Shown: positions 13,817 to 28,100 of the stretch, in pieces
Layout: every line of letters begins with the position of its first letter
Numbering within the stretch: the stretch's first letter is position 1
Source: Macrostomum lignano
Lineage: Eukaryota
Direction of reading: 5' to 3'
Length of the DNA: 64,000 bases
NCBI GenBank assembly: GCA_002269645.1
Contig: NIVC01000152.1
Span: 682,001-746,000 of the forward strand
The notes under the pieces: model-generated
The model's database searches: none
What the model was told of the DNA's origin: nothing
What the model saw: the letters and a program-made list of their open reading frames with translations, nothing else
Made by a program: the position numbers and the translations under genes

Positions 13817-14487
13817 TTGAGATGGGACTGGAGCTAGGGATGAGATAGGACTGGGACTGGTGATGAGATGGGACTGGTGTTGAGATGGGACTGGTGTTGA
13901 GATGGGACTGGTGTTGAGATGGGACTGGTGTTGAGATGGGACTGGTGTTGAGATGGGACTGGTGTTGAGATGGGACTGGTGTTCGGATGGGACTGGTGTT
14001 GAGATGGGACTGGTGTTGAGATGGGACTGGTGTTCGGATGGGACTGGTGTTGAGATGGGACTGGTGTTGAGATGGGACTGGTGTTGAGATGGGACTGGTG
14101 TTGAGATGGGACTGGTGTTGAGATGGGACTGGTGTTGAGATGGGACTGGTGTTCGGATGGGACTGGTGTTGAGATGGGACTGGTGTTCGGATGGGACTGG
14201 TGTTGAGATGGGACTGGTGTTGAGATGGGACTGGTGTTCGGATGGGACTGGTGTTGAGATGGGACTGGTGTTGAGATGGGACTGGTGTTCGGATGGGACT
14301 GGTGTTCGGATGGGACTGGTGTTGAGATGGGACTGGTGTTGAGATGGGACTGGTGTTGAGATGGGACTGGTGTTGAGATGGGACTGGTGTTGAGATGGGA
14401 CTGGTGTTGAGATGGGACTGGTGTTGAGATGCGACTGGTGTTGAGATGGGACTGGTGCTGAGATGGGACTGGTGTTGAGATGGGACC
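13817..14487. repeat. 17-bp minisatellite (GGGACTGGTGTTGAGAT)n, copy 1
   Basis: Directly visible. Confidence 0.97.
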
Positions 14488-14797
14488 GTGCGAAGGCTTG
14501 GAATTTGAAATCACTTGTGAACTTGTGAAAAGAATAGGGCGCTCTCTTCTGCCATCCTCCGCAGCTAGGCACAAGTGCGCAAGCACTAACACTGCCAGTT
14601 TACAAAGCTTATACAGTTGATACAGCAAATCTAATGAGATGAGGTGAGCGACCGATACCTGAGCTGCCGTCCGTATAATAATTTCTCACAGCACTATGCT
14701 GGGCTAGAAGTGAAACGGCACAACAGATTTCAATTTTGACACTCAATGCATCGCCACAATTTTTTTCTATCACAGTTAAACTTTAGAACCTATGCAG

Positions 14798-15680
14798 ATG
14801 AGTTACATTAGGTGTGCACCAGAACATAGACAGGCAAATGAGTCACATTAGGCGTACACCAGAACCTACTCAAGCAGATGAGTCACCTTAGGTGTACACC
14901 AGAACCTACTCAAGCAGATGAGTCACATTAGGTGTACACCAGAACCTACTCAGACAGATGAGTCACATTAGGTGTACACCAGAACCTACTCAAGCAGATG
15001 AGTCACATTAGGTGTACACCAGAACCTACTCAGACAGATGAGTCACATTAGGTGTACACCAGAACCTACTCAAGCAGATGAGTCACATTAGGTGTACACC
15101 AGATCCTAGACAGACAGATGAGTCACATTAGATGTACACCAGAACCTACTCAAGCAGATGAGTCACATTAGATGTACACCAGAACCTAGACAAGCAGATG
15201 AGTCACAATAGGTGTACACCAGAACCTACTCAGACAGATGAGTCACATTAGGTGTACACCAGAACCTAGACAGGCAGATGAGTCACATTAGATGTACACC
15301 AGATCCTACTCAGACAGATGAGTCACATTAGGTGTACACCAGAACCTAGACAGGCAGATGAGTCACATTAAGTGTACACCAGAACCTAGACAGGCAGATG
15401 AGTCACATTAGTTGTACACCAGAACCTACTCAGACAGATGAGTCACATTAGGTGTACACCAGATCCTAGACAGACAGATGAGTCACATTAGATGTACACC
15501 AGAACCTACTCAAGCAGATGAGTCACATTAGATGTACACCAGAACCTAGACAAGCAGATGAGTCACATTAGGTGTACACCAGAACCTAGACAAGCAGATG
15601 AGTCACATTAGGTGTACACCAGAACCTAGACAGGCAGATGAGTCACATTAGGTGTACACCAGATCCTACTCAGACAGATA
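14798..15680. repeat. 40-bp minisatellite, copy 1 (units contain TGAGTCA)
   Basis: Unit gatgagtcacattaggtgtacaccagaacctactcaagca with variants, about 22 copies. Confidence 0.97.
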
Positions 15681-15881
15681 AGTTCAAACAGTAAAAAGTG
15701 GACAAAAAGCAATAATTGCAGAATGCGAACGCGCAGTATGAAGCGATTCCAGCTTGTATTTCTTTCATCTCAAAGTTTCTCAGCCAAGTAAGTTTTTCGC
15801 CATTCCTTAATTTTCCATTTTTAACCGTTATTGAAAACATTCTTTCTACGCTGCCGTGCCGCTGACTCTGCTGTCCGCCGG

Positions 15882-16927
<1,046 letters not shown>

Positions 16928-17305
16928 TGATAAGCACATTTCGGGAAAAGTATTTGTTTTTGAAAATATGCTGTAAAAGTCAGACAATCCTAAATTATTT
17001 TTTTAATTATTAATGTCTTTTCTTTTTTCCTGCCTTGCTTGTAAATGCAAATAAACGCATTACGAGCCACGATCACATTGCTGTCTGGAGAAATATTTCG
17101 AACAAAAACTTTTCCTTTTCAAAGCGGGAAAACGATTTTTTAAACTTGTCCCAGTTCTTACTTTATGGCTGCAATTCGAAACAGGTTTCCTGCTCTCTGA
17201 CAGTCATATTTAATCTCGCAGTCATGCGGCTAATTGACAATATAATACCTTCAGAACTCTTTTACGAGCGTAACTGCAAATCGAGCAGGCCTGCCCCTCT
17301 AGAGA

Positions 17306-18010
17306 TTGAGATGGGACTGGAGCTAGGGATGAGATAGGACTGGGACTGGTGATGAGATGGGACTGGTGTTGAGATGGGACTGGTGTTGAGATGGGACTGG
17401 TGTTGAGATGGGACTGGTGTTGAGATGGGACTGGTGTTGAGATGGGACTGGTGTTGAGATGGGACTGGTGTTGAGATGGGACTGGTGTTGAGATGGGACT
17501 GGTGTTCGGATGGGACTGGTGTTGAGATGGGACTGGTGTTGAGATGGGACTGGTGTTCGGATGGGACTGGTGTTGAGATGGGACTGGTGTTGAGATGGGA
17601 CTGGTGTTGAGATGGGACTGGTGTTGAGATGGGACTGGTGTTGAGATGGGACTGGTGTTGAGATGGGACTGGTGTTCGGATGGGACTGGTGTTGAGATGG
17701 GACTGGTGTTCGGATGGGACTGGTGTTGAGATGGGACTGGTGTTGAGATGGGACTGGTGTTCGGATGGGACTGGTGTTGAGATGGGACTGGTGTTGAGAT
17801 GGGACTGGTGTTCGGATGGGACTGGTGTTCGGATGGGACTGGTGTTGAGATGGGACTGGTGTTGAGATGGGACTGGTGTTGAGATGGGACTGGTGTTGAG
17901 ATGGGACTGGTGTTGAGATGGGACTGGTGTTGAGATGGGACTGGTGTTGAGATGCGACTGGTGTTGAGATGGGACTGGTGCTGAGATGGGACTGGTGTTG
18001 AGATGGGACC
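17306..18010. repeat. 17-bp minisatellite, copy 2
   Basis: 34 bp longer than copy 1. Confidence 0.97.
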
Positions 18011-18317
18011 GTGCGAAGGCTTGGAATTTGAAATCACTTGTGAACTTGTGAAAAGAATAGGGCGCTCTCTTCTGCCATCCTCCGCAGCTAGGCACAAGTG
18101 CGCAAGCACTAACACTGCCAGTTTACAAAGCTTATACAGTTGATACAGCAAATCTAATGAGATGAGGTGAGCGACCGATACCTGAGCTGCCGTCCGTATA
18201 ATAATTTCTCACAGCACTATGCTGGGCTAGAAGTGAAACGGCACAACAGATTTCAATTTTGACACTCAATGCATCGCCACAATTTTTTTCTATCACAGTT
18301 AAACTTTAGAACCTATG

Positions 18318-19522
18318 CAGATGAGTTACATTAGGTGTGCACCAGAACATAGACAGGCAAATGAGTCACATTAGGCGTACACCAGAACCTACTCAAGCAG
18401 ATGAGTCACCTTAGGTGTACACCAGAACCTACTCAAGCAGATGAGTCACATTAGGTGTACACCAGAACCTACTCAGACAGATGAGTCACATTAGGTGTAC
18501 ACCAGAACCTACTCAAGCAGATGAGTCACATTAGGTGTACACCAGAACCTACTCAGACAGATGAGTCACATTAGGTGTACACCAGAACCTACTCAAGCAG
18601 ATGAGTCACATTAGGTGTACACCAGATCCTAGACAGACAGATGAGTCACATTAGATGTACACCAGAACCTACTCAAGCAGATGAGTCACATTAGATGTAC
18701 ACCAGAACCTAGACAAGCAGATGAGTCACAATAGGTGTACACCAGAACCTACTCAGACAGATGAGTCACATTAGGTGTACACCAGAACCTAGACAGGCAG
18801 ATGAGTCACATTAGATGTACACCAGATCCTACTCAGACAGATGAGTCACATTAGGTGTACACCAGAACCTAGACAGGCAGATGAGTCACATTAAGTGTAC
18901 ACCAGAACCTAGACAGGCAGATGAGTCACATTAGTTGTACACCAGAACCTACTCAGACAGATGAGTCACATTAGGTGTACACCAGATCCTAGACAGACAG
19001 ATGAGTCACATTAGATGTACACCAGATCCTACTCAGACAGATGAGTCACATTAGGTGTACACCAGATCCTAGACAGACAGATGAGTCACATTAGGTGTAC
19101 ACCAGAACCTACTCAAGCAGATGAGTCACATTAGATGTACACCAGAACCTAGACAAGCAGATGAGTCACATTAGGTGTACACCAGAACCTAGACAAGCAG
19201 ATGAGTCACATTAGGTGTACACCAGAACCTAGACAGGCAGATGAGTCACATTAGATGTACACCAGATCCTACTCAGACAGATGAGTCACATTAGATGTAC
19301 ACCAGAACCTAGACAGGCAGATGAGTCACATTAGGTGTACACCAGAACCTAGACAGGCAGATGAGTCACATTAGGTGTACACCAGAACCTAGACAGGCAG
19401 ATGAGTCACATTAGGTGTACACCAGAACCTACTCAGACAGATGAGTCACATTAGGTGTACACCAGAACCTAGACAGGCAGATGAGTCACATTAGGTGTAC
19501 ACCAGATCCTACTCAGACAGAT
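18318..19522. repeat. 40-bp minisatellite, copy 2
   Basis: 320 bp longer than copy 1, about 30 units. Confidence 0.97.
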
Positions 19523-19724
19523 AAGTTCAAACAGTAAAAAGTGGACAAAAAGCAATAATTGCAGAATGCGAACGCGCAGTATGAAGCGATTCCAGCTTGT
19601 ATTTCTTTCATCTCAAAGTTTCTCAGCCAAGTAAGTTTTTCGCCATTCCTTAATTTTCCATTTTTAACCGTTATTGAAAACATTCTTTCTACGCTGCCGT
19701 GCCGCTGACTCTGCTGTCCGCCGG

Positions 19725-20823
19725 TCAGATGAACTGCAGCGGGTCGTAGCGTCGCTGCCGGCTTGTCTGTCGGAGAAATCCGCGTTGGTCACCGCCGCCG
19801 TCGCCGTTTCGCCGACGTCGGATGGCCAGCAGCGGGTCGTAGCGCTTGCGGAGGTCGCTGCGGCGCGACGGCTCCGAGCGAACCCAGTCGTCGTCAGCCC
19901 TGGCCGGCGGCTCCCTTCGGGTGTCGTCTCCGCAGTCGTCGACGGAGTCAAGATCGTCGCAGTCGGAATCGGCAAATTCGTTGGAATCGTCGTCAATGAG
20001 CTGCTGGTCCTCTTCGAAGTAGCTCGATGGTCGGAGACTGCGCGACTGCGACTGCGGAATCGGGCGGGAGTCTTGTCACTCCGCTAATTAGCTGGGGGAG
20101 TCTTGTCACTCCGCTAATTAGCTGGGGGAGTCTTGTCACTCCGCTAATTAGCTGGGGGAGTCTTGTCACTCCGCTAATTAGCTGGGGGAGTCTTGTCACT
20201 CCGCTAATTAGCTGGGGGAGTCTTGTCGCTCCGCTAATTAGCTGGGGGAGTCTTGTCACTCCGCTAATTAGCTGGGGGAGTCTTGTCACTCCGCTAATTA
20301 GCTGGGGGAGTCTTGTCGCTCCGCTAATTAGCTGGGGGAGTCTTGTCACTCCGCTAATTAGCTGGGGGGAGTCTTGTCACTCCGCTAATTAGCTGGGGGA
20401 GTCTTGTCACTCCGATAATTAGCTGGGGGAGTCTTGTCACTCTACCAATTAGCCAATCTTGTCACTCTGCCAAAAAATCGTGTCACAGTCTTGCCCATTT
20501 ACTAATTTCATAATGGAGTCTTGTCACTCCGCTAATTTGGTGGGAAGGGAGAGTCTTTTCACACCGTGAATTTTGTCTCGTCACTCTGCTACTTGATTTT
20601 ATTCTGATACCCCGAATTTATCTGCAACTTTCGCAAGCACAGATTCCATTGAGGCCAGAATTTTCACTTCCTTAGCAACTATCTGGGATAGCTACGCATA
20701 ATCTGCCCACATCCCAGCCTCCACACTCCGCAATGCAAGGCTCACCACTTGTAGCTGAGCCGCAGCGATCAGCAGCACCAGCAACAGGGCCGCTCCTGCG
20801 CCTCGAATTCCTAGAAAATTCAT
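19725..20823 (-). CDS. Neuropeptide/prohormone precursor, 2 exons, 134 aa, with YDPLLAI and YDPLQFI peptides
   Basis: Exon 1 20823-20746 encodes signal peptide MNFLGIRGAGAALLLVLLIAAAQLQV with a GTGAG donor (phase 0). Exon 2 20051-19725 follows ttccgcag in frame: [108 protein letters not shown]. Signal peptide, acidic spacer and repeated motif at dibasic sites form a typical prohormone layout. Confidence 0.85.
20067..20450. repeat. 30-bp minisatellite in the neuropeptide gene intron
   Basis: Unit gagtcttgtcactccgctaattagctgggg, containing the palindrome gctaattagc. Confidence 0.96.
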
Positions 20824-21139
20824 AATCCTCACTGGGGTAGAATGATAAACAGACAGTGCTGCACTGGGTTTTTTTAAAATTAGCCTAACAAAAATTTGGT
20901 CGAGAGCGAAATAACTTTATAAAGAGTGTCTCGCTCGCGAAAAAAGCAAAGAGAGAGAAAGAAGTGCCGGCTCGGGCCTAGAGCTGCAGGTAAATCTCGC
21001 TAGTCACCGGGCGGGGGGGGGACCTCTCAGGGGACGCAACCGGGGCCAATCTGTGCCAGCCGAGGAGCGAAGGCAGGATGGAGCCAGCTCGGCGACTGGG
21101 GAGCATTTCTACATGACAAAGTGGATTCAGGAGAGCTTG

Positions 21140-21705
21140 GGCCAGGGACGCCTGAAGATAGAAGTCTGGATTGGAAACTGCAAAGCTCTCTTACTGGGAT
21201 TGATGACGAGAGTTGGACCAGGGACGCCTGAATATAGTAGTCTGGATTGGAAACTGCAAAGCTCTCTTACTGGGATTGATGACGAGAGTTGGACCAGGGA
21301 CGCCTGAATATAGTAGTCTGGATTGGAAACTGCAAAGCTCTCTTACTGGGATTGATGACGAGAGTTGGACCAGGGACGCCTGAAGATAGAAGTCTGGATT
21401 GGAAACTGCGAAGCTCTCTTACTGGGATTGATGACGAGAGTTGGACCAGGGACGCCTGAAGATAGAAGTCTGGATTGGAAACTGCGAAGCTCTCTTACTG
21501 GGATTGATGACGAGAGTTGGACCAGGGACGCCTGAAGATAGAAGTCTGGATTGGAAACTGCGAAGCTCTCTTACTGGGATTGATGACGAGAGTTGGACCA
21601 GGGACGCCTGAAGATAGAAGTCTGGATTGGAAACTGCGAAGCTCTCTTACTGGGATTGATGACGAGAGTTGGACCAGGGACGCCTGAAGATAGAAGTCTG
21701 GATTC
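21140..21705. repeat. 76-bp minisatellite
   Basis: Period 76, about 7.5 near-identical units, no unique spacers. Confidence 0.95.
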
Positions 21706-22234
21706 TACGTTATCCCTGTAGCAACACGAACTCTGACGAATTCCGCTGTCAGCTCAGTCGCCACTCCAGAATCTCTGTCCTAGTGCTCCCTGGTCAGTGC
21801 CTGAAGAGCGAACAAGCAGTGTTTCGCTCTCCTGCGGCGCTCCAGAAACGGAGCTTTTAGGGATCTGCGGAATTGTGGCTCTTTCCATCCCCAGATTCTC
21901 AAGAGGTCTCCCAAATGTCAGGGAATGCAGCAGTGAGCAGCCTGCTGCCCACTTCATATTTCGTCGCTTACGATGTTTGCCTGTCCCTTCCTTCCCGTCT
22001 GCTTGCTGGCTCGGTCTGAGTTCAGTTCTGCTTTTCTAGAAAAAATGTTTACCCAAACAATGAACTATTGTTGCCTGTGAGTAAATGGGTGCTCGGCAGT
22101 TTGGAGAGAATCTGGCTGAAAAATTTCCAGCAGCGCATGTTGCCCCACCATCTGATTGTAAATCCCAATGTGTCATTGGGGCAGGTAAAGCAACAGGGCT
22201 TGCTCCTACCAGCAGCAACTCGCCTAGGAGCAGC

Positions 22235-23053
22235 CCTACAACAGACACCCCAAACTGAACAGCGCCCTACAACAGACACCCCAAACTGAACAGCGCCCTA
22301 CAACAGACACCCCAAACTGAACAGCACCCTACAACAGACACCCCAAATTGAACAGCACCCTACAATAGACTCCCCAAACTGAACAGCGCCCTATGACAGA
22401 CACCCCAAACTGAACAGCACCCTACAACAGACACTCCAAACTGAACAGCGTCCTACAACAGACACCCCAAACTGAACAGCGCCCTACAACAGACACCCCA
22501 AACTGAACAGCGCCCTATGACAGACACCCCAAACTGAACAGCACCCTACAACAGACACTCCAAACTGAACAGCGTCCTACAACAGACACCCCAAACTGAA
22601 CAGCGCCCTACAACAGACACCCCAAACTGAAAAGCGCCCTACAACAGACACTCCAAACAGAACAGCGCCCTACAGACACCCCAAACTGAACAGCGCCCTA
22701 CAGACACCCCAAACTGAACAGCGCCCTACAACAGACACCCCAAACTGAACAGCGCCCTACAGACACCCCAAACTGAACAGCCCCTACAACAGACACCCCA
22801 AACTGAACAGCGCCCTATGACAGACACCCCAAACTGAACAGCACCCTACAACAGACACTCCAAACTGAACAGCGCCCTACAACAGACACCACAAACTGAA
22901 CAGCGCCCTACAACAGACACTCCAAACTGAACAGCGCCCTACATCAGACACCCCAAACTGAACAGCACCCTACAACAGACACCCCAAACTGAACAGCGCC
23001 CTATGACAGACACCCCAAACTGAACAGCACCCTACAAGAGACACCCTAAACTG
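22235..23053 (+). repeat. 31-bp minisatellite, left arm of an inverted pair
   Basis: Unit aacagcgccctacaacagacaccccaaactg. Confidence 0.96.
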
Positions 23054-23711
23054 AAGCCACTTTAGATCAGTCAGTTTACCAAAGTCTAGAATCGATTGGC
23101 TCTATCAAAAAAATCATTTCGGAAACTTATTTTGAATTTTTCGCCTTAACTAAAGACGCTTGTCATGAGAATCTTGGCAGTTGGTCACGCAAAAGCAGAC
23201 TGACTGTTGCCCCTCTCAAAAGCTACTCCGACTGTTTTTTGCATAGGCTTTTAGAAAACTATTTTTTTACATTCGTTGCCGGCTTTTTCACCTGCCTCCC
23301 TTCGTCTTCGTTTTCTGCTTTGAAGAGTCGCGCAGTTTGGGTGGAAGGCTTCTGTATTGAGCACTGGGGGGGGGGGTTGGATCTATCTCAGAGCCCGCAT
23401 CCCGGATCCCGAAGTTCTCCCGGAAGTTTCAATTAGGTAGGCGCTGCGACGCCCCCCCCCTCATCTCTAGATTATCCGCCTGCGCGACTGTTTATCCCCG
23501 AGCTGGCCTACTTTTGAGAATGAATTTTTAGCAGGCGCTGGCGCCAGCCCAAGATTGTTGCGCGTCACGAGTTGCCTAGAAGGACAGCAATTGGAAAATT
23601 TTCTGTGCTAGGGGCGGAGAAGAGTTTGGGGAAATACGGGTTGATGTTTTTCAGTGTCTCGCTTCTAACTATGCTGCTGATGACAATTTTTTAGTCAAAT
23701 TTGCTTCATGG

Positions 23712-23990
23712 TAGGGCGCTGTTCCATTTGGAGTGTCTGTTGTCGGGCGCTGTTCAGTTTGGGGTGTCTGTTGTCGGGCGCTGTTCTGTTTGGGGTGTCT
23801 GTTGTCGGGCGCTGTTCAGTTTGGGGTGTCTGTTGTCGGGCGCTGTTCTGTTTGGGGTGTCTGTTGTCGGGCGCTGTTCAGTTTGGGGTGTCTGTTGTCG
23901 GGCGCTGTTCTGTTTGGAGTGTCTGTTGTAGGGCGCTGTTCTGTTTGGAGTGTCTGTTGTAGGGCGCTGTTCTGTTTGGGATGTCTGTTG
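23712..23990 (-). repeat. 31-bp minisatellite, right arm (reverse complement of 22235-23053 unit)
   Basis: Unit cagtttggggtgtctgttgtcgggcgctgtt. Confidence 0.95.
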
Positions 23991-24490
23991 TGGGTCCTAT
24001 GAAAGCGGTAGTGGCGAACCAGAAGCTCAGACCAGAAGCCGTATAAAATCAGCTCGCTCCATTAAATTGGCTGAGCCGACAAGATGCTCGTGTGTTTGAG
24101 TCGAATTCATCAGGCATCTATTATTTATTACTTTTTATTGACATTGAGACTTGAGTAGTAAACTAAAATAAAGCATAATTCAGTCAATTTCACGAGTAAA
24201 TCAAAGTCATTAAGAGTGTTGAGGGGGCTCTGCTGTTTAAATCGAAAGTGCAGCAGAGTGCGGTGCGCTAACAACTTGCTCGTTAATTGTATACATATAG
24301 ACTGTAAGATATATCTATTATACTACTTAGCTGATGGCTTTCGCTGTTAGTAGCATATTCAGCATTCGATGATAGTTAGCAAACGTTAGAAATTTTGATT
24401 TTTGGACAAAGTGCGACTCTGCTAGGGGTGAGGGGGGGGCGGTTGCCAAGCTGAGAATGCAGTTGAATGCGGCTGGCTCTCTGCAAAAGG

Positions 24491-24770
24491 GGAGAGGAGA
24501 GAGGAGAGAGGAGAGAGGAGAGAAGAGAGAGAGGAGAGAGGAGAGAGAAGAGAGAGGCGAGAGGAGAGAGGAGAGAGGAGAGGGGAGAGGAGAGAGGAGA
24601 GAGGAGAGAGGAGAGAGGAGAGAGAAGAGAGGAGAGAGGAGAGAGGAGAGAGGAGAGAGGAGAGAGGAGAGAGGCGAGAGGAGAGAGGAGAGAGGAGAGA
24701 GGAGAGAGAAGAGAGGAGAGAGGAGAGAGGAGAGAGGAGAGAAGAGAGAGGAGAGAGGAGAGAGAAGAGA
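24491..24770. repeat. Polypurine (GAGAG/GAGAGGA)n tract
   Basis: Pure A/G run of about 280 bp; ORFs 24376-24843, 24457-24897 and 24467-24901 are artefacts of it. Confidence 0.95.
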
Positions 24771-25100
24771 AAAAGACAGGAGAGGTCAAAGCTGCTCTCA
24801 TGTTATTTTGGCAACAACGTCTCGTCCCCAGCTGTACAAGCACTCTACCCTACCTGTCCATTCTGTCGTCACTTATCCCAATTCAGATAAGAATTGAGTA
24901 GACTAATTGATATATACTGTTACAAGTAATTACTGTTTCTCGTCTTCAAGCCGTGTTCGAAATTCTTCTGTTGTTAGGTGAGCTCACAGAGATAGAAGTA
25001 CTTTATAAAAAAGAGATTATACTTCTTCCGAAGCGATGAAGCTAAAGCATTGCATTTCAAAACAAATCAGAATCACAGAAAGTTTTCCCCCGCTCAAAGC

Positions 25101-28100
25101 TCAGGAGCGGCTCAGCGCTTCGATCATTTTGGATATTCGCTCATCGTTGCGCACGATGTTGGCCTTGACGGTGGCGATGAGGTCGAGCTTGTCGCGCTCG
25201 GCTTGCTCCAGCTCAGCCAGCTGGTGCCGCAGGCCATTCAGCGAGGCGTCTGCCGTGCTGCGGGACCGGGGGAGATCGTGGCTTCAGGGTCTGGTGGGTG
25301 CGTGGCTTCAGGGTCTGGTGGGTGCGTGGCTTCAGGGGCTGGTTGGTGCGTGGCTTCAGGGGCTGGTGGGTGCGTGGCTTCAGGGGCTGGTGGGTGCGTG
25401 GCTTCAGTGGCTGGCGGGTGCGTGGCTTCAGGAGCTGGTGGGTGCGTGGCTTCAGGGGCTGAGGATTTGGTTATCATGAAATATGGAATTCCCGAATATA
25501 GGATCGGGGAATATTTAGGATCAGGGAATATCTGGGATGAGGGGATATTTAGAATCAAGGAATATTTGAGATCAGGGAATATTTAGAATCAGGGAATATT
25601 TAGGATCAGGGAACATCTGGCTTGAGGGAATATTTAGGATCAAGGAATATTTGGGATCAGGGAATATTTAGAATCGGGGAATATATAGGATCAGGGAATA
25701 TCTGGCTTGAGGGAATATTTAGGATCAGTGAATATTTGGGATCAGGGAATATTTAGAATCAGGGAATATTTAGGATCAGGGAATATCTGGGATGAGGGGA
25801 TATTTAGGATCAAGGAATATTTGGGATCAGGGAATATTTAGGATCAGGGAATATTTGGGATCAGGAATATTTAGGATCAGGGAACATCTGGCTTTAGGGA
25901 ATATTTAGGATCAGGGAATATTTGGGATCAGGGAATATTTAGGATCAGGGAATATTTGGGATCAGGGAATATTTAGGATCAGGGAATATTTAGAATCAGG
26001 GAATATTTGGGATCAGGGAATATTTAGGATCAGGGAATATTTAGAATCAGGGAATATTTGGGATCAGGGAATATTTAGAATCAGGGAATAATTAGGATCA
26101 GGGAATATCTGGCTTGAGGGAATATTTGGGATCAAGGAATATTTAGGATTAGAGAGCATTTGGGATCAGAGAGTATTTGGGATCAAAGAATATTTGGGAT
26201 CAGGGAATATTTAGGATCAGGGAATATTTGGGATCAGGGAATATTTAGAATCAGGGAATATTTAGGATCAGGGAATATCTGGCTTGAGGGAATATTTGGG
26301 ATCAAGGAATATTTAGGATTAGAGAGCATTTGGGATCAGAGAGTATTTGGGATCAGAGAATATTTGGGATCAGGGATCATAATATTATTAGAGATATTAT
26401 GGGATTTCGTACCTCTGCTCCTGCTTCAGCCGGGCCATGACCTCTTTTGTCTCGGCGCGCCACCGCTCCAGCTCCTTTGACATGGAGTCCAGGTCTTCCT
26501 GCACGTAGTCGATGACTTTGCCGAGCGGGTTGGCCTCCCGGGTCAGCGCCTGCAGCTGCTGCTTCAGCCTGTCAATCTCCCTAGCCGTGGCCGCCTTCTC
26601 CCGCTTCCTGTTGGCGTCTGTGGTGGTCAGCACCGTCTTGCCGCCGGCGTCCTTGGCGCCGCCGCTGGCGTCCTTGAACTCCTGCTTGGACTTCAGCATC
26701 TCCTTCACCAGCCCGCCGTGCTGCTCGTCGCGACCTTCTTCGTCGTCGTCGAGGCCGCCGCCGCCGTCGTCGCCTAGGCCGCCGGCTAGCAGGGTTGGCG
26801 GCGCCTCCTCCACCACGAACTGGTCGTCGTCGGAGTCCTGGTCGCGCTCGATGATCACCCCGCTGACGCGCTTGCCGCTGCCGTCGTCGACCACCGCGGC
26901 GCCGGCCTTGGTCTTCGGCAGCGGCGCCGGCTTGCGCTGGAGGTTCGGCCACCGCTACTGCGTGGGGGAGGGGCGGGGAATTTCCCAGTGTTTTAGCCTT
27001 CTTCTGGGGTAGTTTGGAGGGTATTTTTTCGGGTAGGAGGGTATTATTTTTTGGGGTATTTCTGAGGGTATTTTTGGGGGTGTTTCGAAAGGTATTTGTT
27101 CGTAGGTGTTTTTAAGGGTATTACCTCTGAGATATTTCGAAGGGTATTCCTTCTGGGGTATTCCGGAGGGTATTTGTTCTTGGGTATTTTGGAGGGTATT
27201 CTTTCTGGGGTAGGTTGGAGGGTATTTTTTTGGGTAGGAGGGTATTATTTTTGGGGTATTTCTGAGGGTATTTTTGGGGGTGTTTCGAAAGGTATTTGTT
27301 CGTAGGTGTTTTGAAGGGTATTACCTCTGAGATATTTCGAAGGGTATTTTTTCTGGGGTATTCCGGAGGGTATTTGTTCTTGGATATTTCGGAGGGTATT
27401 CTTTCTGGGGTATTTTGGAGGGTATTCCTTCTGGGGTATTCCGGAGGGTATGTGTTCTTGGGTATTTCGGGGGTACTCTTTCTGGGGTATTTGGGAGAGT
27501 ACATGCACTTCGATTGGCATTTCTATGGGTACATCTGTGTGTATTTCTGTGGGTATTTCAGAAGATACTATTGGGGTAATTGTAGGTGCTACTCTCGAGC
27601 TTCTCAAGGTGTATAAGTTGATATTTGTGTGCTTATTTTTCCGAGAAATAATTATTAGGAATCTTAGGCTTACTCTGAGACATTTCTGAGGCTACTTCTG
27701 GGATATTCTAGAGTAGGTTATTCGCTGTTTTTTTTAATAATTCCTCACGCCTCGACCCCTGGTTTGATTCCATGAGCGGCCATATTTGGGGCTTGAGTAC
27801 AAAAAATGGCGTTGTCGTGTGCGATTCACAGCCATCAGGGCCAAACCCTCGTGTGTACATTGAAGAGTGTACATTCCCGACGATTAGAAAGTCAGGGCTG
27901 CTGTACACCCTGTGTGAGCGCTGGTTGTGGGACATGTCGCCCGCAGCCCTAAAATTTCAAATATTTGAGGCTCCTTGCCTCGACTGTTCCCCACTCACCC
28001 GCTGGGCTCCTCTGCGTCACCTCTTTGCCTGCGCTGCTGCTCTTCTTCTGAAAGGGTAACGTGGAAGTTTTGAGAATAGAAATCCGAATAATATTTTATT

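Noticed and set aside
21140-21705. Regular 76-bp repeats, and the 40-bp and 66-bp arrays, as CRISPR arrays
   Set aside because: Units are contiguous and near-identical with no unique spacers, there are no cas genes, and the context is eukaryotic.
24376-24901. Charged R/E/G-rich or L/S/P-rich ORFs
   Set aside because: Translations of a pure polypurine simple repeat.
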